64,000 nt of DNA from NCBI GenBank assembly GCA_050944875.1, contig JBMNRW010000004.1:1304-65303 (forward strand), read 5' to 3'. Positions 12,530-22,398 of the stretch are shown here, piece after piece (within the stretch, counting starts at the first letter, position 1; each line of letters opens with the position of its first letter). The DNA is from Patescibacteria group bacterium (GTDB lineage Bacteria > Patescibacteriota > UBA1384 > JACPKC01). Below the pieces are notes generated by a model. It had not been told where the DNA came from. It worked only from the letters and a program-made list of their open reading frames with translations, and searched no databases. Made by a program: the position numbers and the translations under genes.

Positions 12530-12604
12530 TGGAGCCGGTGGGCGGATTTGAACCGCCGACCTTTGCTTTACGAAAGCACTGCTCTACCACTGAGCTACAC
12601 CGGC
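12530..12604 (-). tRNA. tRNA-Thr(CGU)
   Basis: Reverse complement gccggtgtagctcagtggtagagc...tt-CGT-aa...ggttcaaatcc...cca. Confidence 0.95.
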
Positions 12605-12743
12605 GAGTGAACCAACGAGCGAATACTACTGGAATTCGCGAGAATGTGAACGAGCCTCGTAGCTACGAACGTAGCTACACCGGCACTTTTCCCTGTTACC
12701 TCGGTGGGCAGTGTAGCACGGCGACACACAGATTTCCAGCCTT

Positions 12744-13175
12744 TCACTGCAAGCCGAGATCCACCGGATCACCTACGGCAATACCGTGCTCGCGGACGAA
12801 GCCTGACCGGACTTCGAGTACGGCGTCGACAGCCGACGGAGCAGGGTACTGCTGCGCGCCATCATCAGTCGGCATTTCCCCTTCATACCCGACCACGGTG
12901 CCACCCTGAATCCAAATAAGATCGATCGGGAAGGTCACACCTTTCATCCAGAACGTCGGCCTGGTGGGCGAATCGTATGGGAAGAGCATCCCGTCTGAAG
13001 GCCCGAGCGGCGAGTGTCCCGCAAGGCCACGAACTTGCTCCTCCTCGGAGCGCGCGACCTCCGCCTGCACCGTGACGCGCTCGAACCGAACAGAAACCGT
13101 ACGCTTCGACGCACCGATCTGCCAGAGCACCATACTGATGATTCCAATCAGGAGAACGCCGCCCAGCCAGCGCAC
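12744..13175 (-). CDS. DUF192-family protein
   Basis: EVA...GL...GMLF...FWMKGVTFPIDLIWI...VLEVRSG. Confidence 0.9.
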   Translation of the reverse strand: MRWLGGVLLIGIISMVLWQIGASKRTVSVRFERVTVQAEVARSEEEQVRGLAGHSPLGPSDGMLFPYDSPTRPTFWMKGVTFPIDLIWIQGGTVVGYEGEMPTDDGAQQYPAPSAVDAVLEVRSGFVREHGIAVGDPVDLGLQ

Positions 13176-14476
13176 TACGCTACCTGAAGCAGGCGCTTCG
13201 TCTCTACCTTGTACTTCTCGACTGCAGGCTGGTCGAATGGGTTCACGCCCAAGAGATGGCCGAGGTACATCATCTCGAGCATCTTGAGCTGCAAGAATGC
13301 GCCAATGCTCTCCTCATTCATAGCATCGAGCTCCAGCACCATGAACGGTCGCTCTGCCTTCTCGTACGCGATCATCGTCCCATCAAGAATAGCGTCCATA
13401 ATGGTTGCCATTGGCTTCCCGGCGATATCACCGACAAGCGCCCCAACCTCCGGCCGATTCGGGACCGTGAGCGCCGGCAGCGCCCGGACCCGAACAAACG
13501 TCGTCACCCGGTCGTTCGGCCCATCGAGGTAGAGCTGCACGACCGAGTGGAGGTCGGTCGACCCCATCGAGACGGTCGGCGTCATACCGGCGTGGACCAC
13601 CTCGCCCGCTCGGTTGTGCTCCTTCCCAATCGACTCACCCATGAGCTGACGATACCACTTCCCGACACTCTCAAGGTCCGACGCGAAGAGGAATGTATCG
13701 TGGATCGGTATGCCCGCCTGATTATGCGCGTAGAGCACTACCGCGCTCATCGCCGCCGGGTTCTCATCGAGCGAGGTTGCAAGGCACGCGTCGCGCATCG
13801 CCTTGGCACCCTTCACGAGTGCGCGGACGTCAATACCCGCGACGGCAAGGGGGAAGAGGCCAACCGCCGAGAACACGGAGTACCGCCCGCCGACCGTTTC
13901 GGGCATCCGAAGACACGGGATTCCCTGCTCCTGCCCGTACTGCCAGAGCTTCGAACCCTCGACCGTCGTTAAGACGACCGAATCCTTGGCGCTTCCGCCT
14001 GCCTGCTCCACGGCGTCGAGGAGCGCGAAGAAGTTCGCGGTCGTCTCGATCGTCCCACCCGACTTCGAGATTCCGTTCAAGAGCACGCGCTTCCCGTCCT
14101 TAGCGAACGTCTGCACCTGCTCAATAAGTCGCCCCATTGACAGCGCGTCTACCGTGTCAGCGTAGAACACCTGCGTGCCCGCGGCTTTACCCCCCAGTCG
14201 CCCCTGGATCGCCTCCTGCACTGCCATCGTCCCAAGGTTGGATCCCCCAATACCAATAACGACGAGCGCATCGACGTCCTGGTACCGTTCGGCAAGTGAT
14301 AACACCTCATCGAGGAGTGCCGAATCGTCGACGAGGTTCACGCTCGCCCGATCGTCCGCGTAGCCGCCAGCCTGCACGAGCTCCCGCATTCGAGTAATCT
14401 CGGGCGCTAGCTGCCCTGAAATCTCCGATAGTACGTCAGCTGCCACTCGACCCATCTGGCTCTCGAACCGCACCAT
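13175..14476 (-). CDS. pgi: Glucose-6-phosphate isomerase
   Basis: VIGIGGSNLG, SKSGGTIET, VGGRYSV, QLMGESIGK, DLHS, NPFDQPAVE.YK. Confidence 0.95.
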   Translation of the reverse strand: MVRFESQMGRVAADVLSEISGQLAPEITRMRELVQAGGYADDRASVNLVDDSALLDEVLSLAERYQDVDALVVIGIGGSNLGTMAVQEAIQGRLGGKAAGTQVFYADTVDALSMGRLIEQVQTFAKDGKRVLLNGISKSGGTIETTANFFALLDAVEQAGGSAKDSVVLTTVEGSKLWQYGQEQGIPCLRMPETVGGRYSVFSAVGLFPLAVAGIDVRALVKGAKAMRDACLATSLDENPAAMSAVVLYAHNQAGIPIHDTFLFASDLESVGKWYRQLMGESIGKEHNRAGEVVHAGMTPTVSMGSTDLHSVVQLYLDGPNDRVTTFVRVRALPALTVPNRPEVGALVGDIAGKPMATIMDAILDGTMIAYEKAERPFMVLELDAMNEESIGAFLQLKMLEMMYLGHLLGVNPFDQPAVEKYKVETKRLLQVA

Positions 14477-14571
14477 TGGACGCTCCTCTTCTTACCGATA
14501 TCCCCGCTATTCTCCGCATTTCCGGAATATCGCGCAACAGGTTCAAATCGTCTATTTATGGTATTAAACAC

Positions 14572-14608
14572 TTGACAAATGCGAAAGTATCTGGTAGAGT
14601 ATCGCGTT
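14572..14608 (+). promoter_or_regulatory. sigma70-type promoter (TTGACA, 17 nt, TGnTAGAGT) followed by GCGTT
   Basis: TTGACA 14572-14577, TAGAGT 14595-14600, AT-rich UP region. Confidence 0.8.
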
Positions 14609-15490
14609 GACAACAAGAAATGATGCCAGGTGCGAGCTGCGGCGATCGGTGTTCCCCTCCTCACCGTTCGCCACAAGTCTCACCTGAACGGGTGGGAAGT
14701 ACCAACCGAAACATCACGACGGCCTGTAGAGTAGAGTGTCCAGAAGCGCTCCGAACTGCGGAAACAGCCTCCTGCGCCATACCTATGTATGTAGGTGCGA
14801 CGCGGGGAGAACTGGGTCCACAGCGCTTCTACAGGCCTTTTGTATACGACAAGAAGCGCACCCAGCGAACGTTTCAAACGCGATGTGGCCACGGCAGCAG
14901 GAATTCCCCTGCCCGTCCAAACCCCGAGCACGGGGCGAAGACGTACCAGAGTGTGGCAACTGACGGTGGCTTGAAGGCCGACCCTGGGTCCCATCCGGGG
15001 CGCGATACCATGAACCGTCGGGTATAGCTGAACTGACATGAGCAAGCCGGTGCTACGGCGTTCGAGCTCATGTCCATTCACGCTGCACAGTCCGTTGCCG
15101 AGCCGGGGCCTTGTGCCTTACTCGGCGGCGGGTCGCATGCGGTGTCGAGATCCCCAAACATTTCGAGAAGGGTTCCAGCGCCACGACACCGTCTGCGATC
15201 CGCTCCACGCGGAAACCCGCTGAATTCCAGCGGTGTGGTCTACTCCGGAGGGGTAGCGCGACGCTTACAACATGCGTCAGCCTACGTTCCTTTCCCGAGC
15301 GTAGGCCACGCCGCTGCCAATGCAGCACATCACGATGACGCCGGTGGCAACGCCGTCTCCGCTCGGATAGAGCCGTCATCCCCCTCTGTAGCGTCGGGGA
15401 AGCTTGCCTGTAGTGGCAGCGCCGGGTCCACGCCCGCAACAGACGCACACAAATCAGTTGGCTTCTCGTGGAAAGAAGCTGACGAAGAAG
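14605..15490 (+). ncRNA. Candidate large, highly structured non-coding RNA or long leader (unknown family)
   Basis: About 20 consecutive hairpins with G-U pairs, no credible ORF, directly downstream of a consensus promoter. Confidence 0.6.
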
Positions 15491-15503
15491 GGAGGCGTCT
15501 ACC

Positions 15504-15677
15504 ATGAGCGACCTCCTGAAATGGATATTGGCCGTGGGCGCGATCGGCCTCTTTTGTTGGGGTTACGTAGATGGGCTCGACCGTGATGAGCACGTCTACG
15601 TTGCGCCGGACCCGGCAGTCCGGCAGCAGAATATCGAAGCGCAGGGGGGGTTTCACTCCCAACGATACTGGGAGTGA
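15504..15677 (+). CDS. Small single-TM orphan protein (57 aa; below ORF-track cutoff)
   Basis: SD GGGAGG; MSDLLKWILAVGAIGLFCWGYVDGLDRDEHVYVAPDPAVRQQNIEAQGGFHSQRYWE*. Confidence 0.6.
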   Translation: MSDLLKWILAVGAIGLFCWGYVDGLDRDEHVYVAPDPAVRQQNIEAQGGFHSQRYWE

Positions 15678-16160
15678 AACCCCTAGGAGTTGCAGATACT
15701 CCGTAAAAAACGCTGCCGGTTGAAGCTCTCCGTAAAAGCTTCGATCCTACGGCATGGAGGTAAAAATGCCGAATACAAAATAGCCCTGGACCCGGGGCGC
15801 TATAAAATGGGCATCGACCGCCGGGGTTGTCGGCGCGGTGGCCAAACGGCCGCAAGAAGATCGACGGAGCAACGGAGGGTCCGCCGGTAGTCAAGTGCAC
15901 AAGTACTTAGACTGCCCGCCGACCTGTCAATCCGTCGACGCCGCGTCACACCCGGCCTAAAAATCGATCCCGAAGTGGAATTCCTGTCGCTGACCGTGAG
16001 CATCACGCAGCATCAAATACAGGCTTCCGCTTCGGGATCTCCCCTTGCTCTTTGAGTTAACCTCAAAGGTTGAGGAGGAGAGCGAACCTTCTTATGAATT
16101 ACCGCGCAGCACTCGTTGACTCGAGTTTTGCCGGTAATTTAGTAACAAGGAGGTGAAAAA

Positions 16161-16244
16161 ATGAGTAAAGAAGAAAAGCTCCTTCGGGAGCTTCAGACCA
16201 GGATTACCAAAAACGGCAGCCTACAGGTCCGCCTGCTGGGCTAA
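16161..16244 (+). CDS. 27-aa orphan peptide
   Basis: Strong SD AAGGAGGTGA; MSKEEKLLRELQTRITKNGSLQVRLLG*. Confidence 0.55.
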   Translation: MSKEEKLLRELQTRITKNGSLQVRLLG

Positions 16245-16412
16245 CCGTCCTCGCCCGACCTCTGCGCCACAAGCGCACGTCGGGCACTCCCTTCGCTTTT
16301 CGACGAGTCGAAAGACGAAATGGAGAGCGACACCTTCATCTTCCCGGTAGGACCTGAGTCGTTGAGTGATCAGCGCCTCAGGCCCTACATGGGAGGAAGG
16401 GAGGTGATAATC

Positions 16413-16972
16413 ATCAGCAGCCTGAAGCTGCTCGGAGCGGTGCTCCTCACTCTGGTCGTCCTCGTGGCGGCTGGGTGTGGCGATCCCAACACCACCTTCA
16501 CGACCCCTGCGGGTGTGTTGGTGATGGAGAGCTACCGGCGGGCCGAGATCACCATCTCGACCGCACGGTGGAGCGCCGACTCCAGCGTGCAGATGGAGCT
16601 GCACAACTGGATGGTCATCCTGCACCCGCTCCAGGCGGACAAGGAAGGCTCGCGGTCTACGAGGCCGTGGTCACGCTCGGCCTGGAGCTGTGCCCCCACC
16701 TGCGCTTCACCTTAGAGGCGCCAGAGTGGGTACAGTTCTTGCCCTTACCGGTCGAGGTGGTCCGCTACCTCGACCACGACGCCATGGCCGAGGCGCTCAA
16801 CGAGCTCCTGGACTCGGAGTACTCGTTCGAGTGCATTTCGCCCGCGTGCGAGAGCATCGACCGCTGGGTCGATGCGAACGACGACGACACGCTCGTCGCC
16901 GTCCTCAAGCGGGCGAAGCAGATCGCTCGCGACTGCGAGGTGCTCGAGCACCTCGACGACCTCTTGAAGTAG
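16413..16972 (+). pseudogene. Orphan lipoprotein with non-canonical start (ATC?) and a frameshift near 16645
   Basis: SD GGGAGGTG 16399-16406, lipoprotein signal LKLLGAVLLTLVVLVAAGC in one frame, coding-like continuation LAVYEAVVTLGLELCP...LDDLLK in the -1 frame. Confidence 0.55.
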
Positions 16973-17105
16973 AGGTCGATTCCGCCTGGTCGCACGGCTC
17001 CCATCACGGTTGAGCCGCCCAGGCCACCCGGATCCTAAACAGATCCGGGCCTCTCTTCTCCGCTGGGATTTCCCAAATCAAGCGGAGAAGAGGAGGTGAA
17101 TCAAA

Positions 17106-17387
17106 ATGAAGGTGGAAGTCGACCGTGAGGTCCTTATCACCGGCCCCTTTGCGAACCGGTTCCTAGTTCGCAAGGAGAAAGATGACTTCGGCCGTGAGAA
17201 AGGCCGCGACCTGTCCGGCGCCGACCTGGTCGGCAAGATGGGCAAGGTCGTCGGCCTCAACTCGGCGAGCGCTACCATTGCGCTCGCCAAGGCCCTGAAG
17301 GGCGAGGAGTACGCGCCGTTCGCCTACGTAAAGGTGGATGGCGAGAAACTCGCCCTTCGTTTCTCGGAGTTCAGCGTGGTCCGCTAG
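17106..17387 (+). CDS. Small orphan protein, possibly SH3/KOW-like beta-barrel
   Basis: SD GAGGAGGTGA; VEVDREVLITG...VGKMGKVVG...AYVKVDGEKLALRFSEFSVV. Confidence 0.7.
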   Translation: MKVEVDREVLITGPFANRFLVRKEKDDFGREKGRDLSGADLVGKMGKVVGLNSASATIALAKALKGEEYAPFAYVKVDGEKLALRFSEFSVVR

Positions 17388-17490
17388 GAACAGGCTTAAC
17401 TTCCCATCACCCCGAGCAGCACTGCTGTTCGGGGCTTCCTCGCTGGGTTTGATCATATCGATCAAAATCTAACCCGGCGATGGAGGCAGT

Positions 17491-17721
17491 ATGAAGCTGT
17501 TCCGTCAAACGCTGGGGATCGCGCTGGAATACGCGCATCCCGGCAACGTCGCCCCCCCCCGCGAGATCGTGGGCCTGTTGGCCCTCGCGTCCGAGTTGGA
17601 CCGTGGAGCCTTATCCGAGGCGGCCCAACAGGGACTGGAGCATCTGGCACTCGTCCTCATGCAGGACGAGCAGTTCCAGCGGTTCCACCGCCACCACGTC
17701 GAGCGGATGCGGACGCCGTAG
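17491..17721 (+). CDS. Small helical orphan protein
   Basis: SD GGAGG, GC3-biased codons, in-frame C9 tract. Confidence 0.6.
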   Translation: MKLFRQTLGIALEYAHPGNVAPPREIVGLLALASELDRGALSEAAQQGLEHLALVLMQDEQFQRFHRHHVERMRTP

Positions 17722-17958
17722 TCCGGTATCCGCTCGATCAACACCAACCGCCCCGGTTCGCGCCGGGGCACTCTCTCTGGCACTGATACATATCAGTGCT
17801 GAAGCTGAGTGTTAGATGAAGAACGCAACGTACACACTGGCCCGCTTCGGGTTGGGATGTGACGGCTAGTAGATTGATCGCATCAGCCGATTCGAGCAAT
17901 CCGCTTATCTGCCGTAGATCCCCTTCTGGACCCGGAGCGGACCAGTGCGTACAACCAA

Positions 17959-17989
17959 AGAGCCCTGCCAATTCGGCAGGGCTCTTTTT
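17959..17989. terminator. Intrinsic terminator closing the orphan/RNA island
   Basis: aagagccctgcc-aattc-ggcagggctcttttt. Confidence 0.85.
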
Positions 17990-18004
17990 GTATTGCCAAT
18001 GTTC

Positions 18005-18232
18005 CTATGCACGCGTCGCGAGATGCTCTTCGATCCGCGTCACCCGCTCATCGAGGCGCATAACGTCCTTGGCGATCGCGTGGACGTCTTCGGTCTCCAT
18101 TTCAATGAGACGGTCGATCTTCGCTTCGAGTGGCTGCAACCTATCCCTCACCATTGCCGAGGTATACGACCGTTCCTCTAGGAACAACTCTTTCAGTTGA
18201 TGAAGTTGCGTGGTCGTGAAGCCATCGTTCAT
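18005..18232 (-). CDS. Small coiled-coil hypothetical protein
   Basis: Heptad pattern LEAKIDRL...LDERVTRIEEHL; TGGTAGGAT 6 nt upstream of ATG. Confidence 0.7.
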   Translation of the reverse strand: MNDGFTTTQLHQLKELFLEERSYTSAMVRDRLQPLEAKIDRLIEMETEDVHAIAKDVMRLDERVTRIEEHLATRA

Positions 18233-18252
18233 ACCTGCATCCTACCACAAAC

Positions 18253-18288
18253 AACCGCCGCCCAACCTCGAAAGGCTGAGCGGCGGTT
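18253..18288 (-). terminator. Terminator after tRNA-Gly locus
   Basis: aaccgccgc...gcggcggtt, followed by a U-rich tail on the minus strand. Confidence 0.6.
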
Positions 18289-18303
18289 GGAGCAGTTTTC
18301 AAT

Positions 18304-18369
18304 TGGAGCGGGTAGCGAGAATACTTCGTGTCCCACGCCTTCGGCGCGTGATCGAACTCGTGCGGATCT
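18304..18369 (-). pseudogene. 3' half of a second tRNA-Gly with an insertion in the T-loop
   Basis: acgagttcgat-[~28 nt]-attctcgctacccgctcca. Confidence 0.65.
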
Positions 18370-18443
18370 TGGAGCGGGATACGAGAATCGAACTCGCGTC
18401 TCTTGCTTGGGAAGCAAGCGTACTGCCATTGTACTAATCCCGC
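18370..18443 (-). tRNA. tRNA-Gly(CCC)
   Basis: gcgggattagtacaatggcagtac...tt-CCC-aa...gttcgattc...atcccgctcca. Confidence 0.93.
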
Positions 18444-18467
18444 TCCCAGCTCCGCATTATTCATTAC

Positions 18468-18503
18468 TGGGAAGGTCGCGTTCTACCACTAAACTATACC
18501 CGC
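18468..18503 (-). pseudogene. 5' half (positions 1-37) of a second tRNA-Gly(CCC)
   Basis: gcgggtatagtttagtggtagaacgcgaccttccca: acceptor 5' strand, D-arm, anticodon CCC. Confidence 0.7.
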
Positions 18504-18537
18504 AACGGGCATATTCTCGCACGAGCTCAGGGAGAAA

Positions 18538-19704
18538 TCAACGCTTCTGTTGATGGTCGGTGATCAATTCGGCGAGGTGCGCGAACGAGAGGTCTTCGTA
18601 GTGCGGGGTAACCAGGCTCGCGAGCGCGAGTTCGTCTGTCGTATGAACCCCAACGTCCAATGCGACCGGCACCATCCCCGCTTCCTTCGCCGCCAGGAGC
18701 CCACCGGGTGAGTCTTCGAACACAATGCACCGCTCTGGCGGCACGCCGAGCCGACGCGCTGCCTCTAAGAACATATCTGGTGCCGGCTTTGGAAGCTGAA
18801 CGTCCTCAATACCGACGAGTGCCGACATTCGCTCACGGATTCGCAGCCGGTCGAGCACCTGACGCGCCCGAAGAACGGGTGAGTTCGTACCAACCGCATT
18901 GCCCACACCTTGTCCTTCGAGTGACGCGAGGAATGCTGGAATCGCTTGGTACGGCAGAACACCAACGCGATCATGTACCTCTGATTCAATTTCGTTCACT
19001 AGCTCAGCAAAACGGTCGTGGTCAATACTTATCCCGATACCCTGAGAGACTAGTTCACAAAACCCGCGTAACGAGCGACCGACGTAGGCGGAGAGCAACG
19101 CCTCCGGCGGCCGAATGCCACTGAGGCGGTACGTCGCCTCTTCAAACACTGGCAGCAGGTGGAGCTTCGATGGGAAGAGCGTATCGTCCATATTCCAGAT
19201 CACAGCAAACGGCGCGTGCTTGAGCGCTTCGCGTCGCTCGAGGATGTGGCGGAACTCCGGCTGGAGGTGCGTCGCCGGATCAAGGAGCTCTTCGGGGTGT
19301 TTCCAGGCGATCTCCGATACCTCGCGCGGGTTGAGTTCGAAGTCGAAAACGGGGTTGCGAACCGTCGCCGTATAGCACTGGATCCAGCTGGCCCGCGCGT
19401 CCGGCGCACCCGGGTAGTGGAGCTCAAGGCCGCGCTGCACATCGCCCGGCGGACGGACGCCGATTTCCTCCTCTGTCTCGCGAACGAGCGTCGTTTGGTC
19501 GCTCTCACCCTCGTACTGGTGGCCGCCAGCACTCACCGTCCACGAGCCGTTGTGCCGCTCGCCAGCGCGCCGCTGGCAGAGCAGTTCACCGCGCTCGTTC
19601 TCGATCATGAGCGCAACGATACGGGGGAGCGGTGCTCGCTCCCCCTCCCGCCGTTCTGGTGTGCGTTGCGCCTCGAACCCCCGCGGCGCCGGCTCGAACT
19701 CCAT
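18538..19704 (-). CDS. NUDIX hydrolase fused to HAD-family phosphatase domain
   Basis: Nudix box GGHQYEGESDQTTLVRETEEEIG; HAD motifs GTNS, KPAPDMF, VFEDS. Confidence 0.85.
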   Translation of the reverse strand: MEFEPAPRGFEAQRTPERREGERAPLPRIVALMIENERGELLCQRRAGERHNGSWTVSAGGHQYEGESDQTTLVRETEEEIGVRPPGDVQRGLELHYPGAPDARASWIQCYTATVRNPVFDFELNPREVSEIAWKHPEELLDPATHLQPEFRHILERREALKHAPFAVIWNMDDTLFPSKLHLLPVFEEATYRLSGIRPPEALLSAYVGRSLRGFCELVSQGIGISIDHDRFAELVNEIESEVHDRVGVLPYQAIPAFLASLEGQGVGNAVGTNSPVLRARQVLDRLRIRERMSALVGIEDVQLPKPAPDMFLEAARRLGVPPERCIVFEDSPGGLLAAKEAGMVPVALDVGVHTTDELALASLVTPHYEDLSFAHLAELITDHQQKR

Positions 19705-19709
19705 ACGGA

Positions 19710-20126
19710 CTACGCGCGGTGGCGCATCTTCCGCCGCTCCGCCAGGCGGAGGCGGGCAATCGCGCGTTCAACCGCGGCGAGCGCTTCTGCCGTGTCGTGC
19801 TCGGTCGCCGCCGCCTCGCGCGCCCGAGTGGCACGGTCGAGCGCTTCCTGTGCCCTGCGCTCATCAACTTCCTCCTCGAGCTCAGCTGCGTCCGTCAGGA
19901 GCTTGACCTCGTTATTCGCGACCTCAACGAACCCGCCGTGGACCGCCATGTGGCGCCGCTCTGCTCCATGATGGAGTGCGACTTCACCGGACTGCAGGAG
20001 CGTCATGAGTGGCAGATGGTTCGGGAGCACCGTGAGCTCGCCGGTCACGCTCGGCAAGGTGAGGCCATCTGCCTCGCCTTCAAACACGATCCGCTCCGGC
20101 GTAATGATCCGCACGAGGAGTGGCAT
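19710..20126 (-). CDS. atpC: ATP synthase F1 epsilon
   Basis: IITPER, GELTVLPNH.P, GGFVEV. Confidence 0.95.
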   Translation of the reverse strand: MPLLVRIITPERIVFEGEADGLTLPSVTGELTVLPNHLPLMTLLQSGEVALHHGAERRHMAVHGGFVEVANNEVKLLTDAAELEEEVDERRAQEALDRATRAREAAATEHDTAEALAAVERAIARLRLAERRKMRHRA

Positions 20127-22392
<2,266 letters not shown>

Positions 22393-22398
22393 CGCTAG

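Noticed and set aside
14630-15420. Group II intron (GTGCG at ~14630 and ~14795; GAGCCG at ~15370)
   Set aside because: No domain V hairpin follows GAGCCG, no domain VI/AY end, no RT ORF and no interrupted host gene
14605-15490. RNase P RNA, tmRNA or SRP RNA
   Set aside because: No GAGGAAAGTCC P4 motif, no tRNA-like ends or tag peptide, no SRP GGAA loop motif; also too long
14620-15662. Overlapping 60-145 aa ORFs on both strands from the ORF track
   Set aside because: No SD, atypical composition, mutually overlapping; better explained by GC-rich structured RNA
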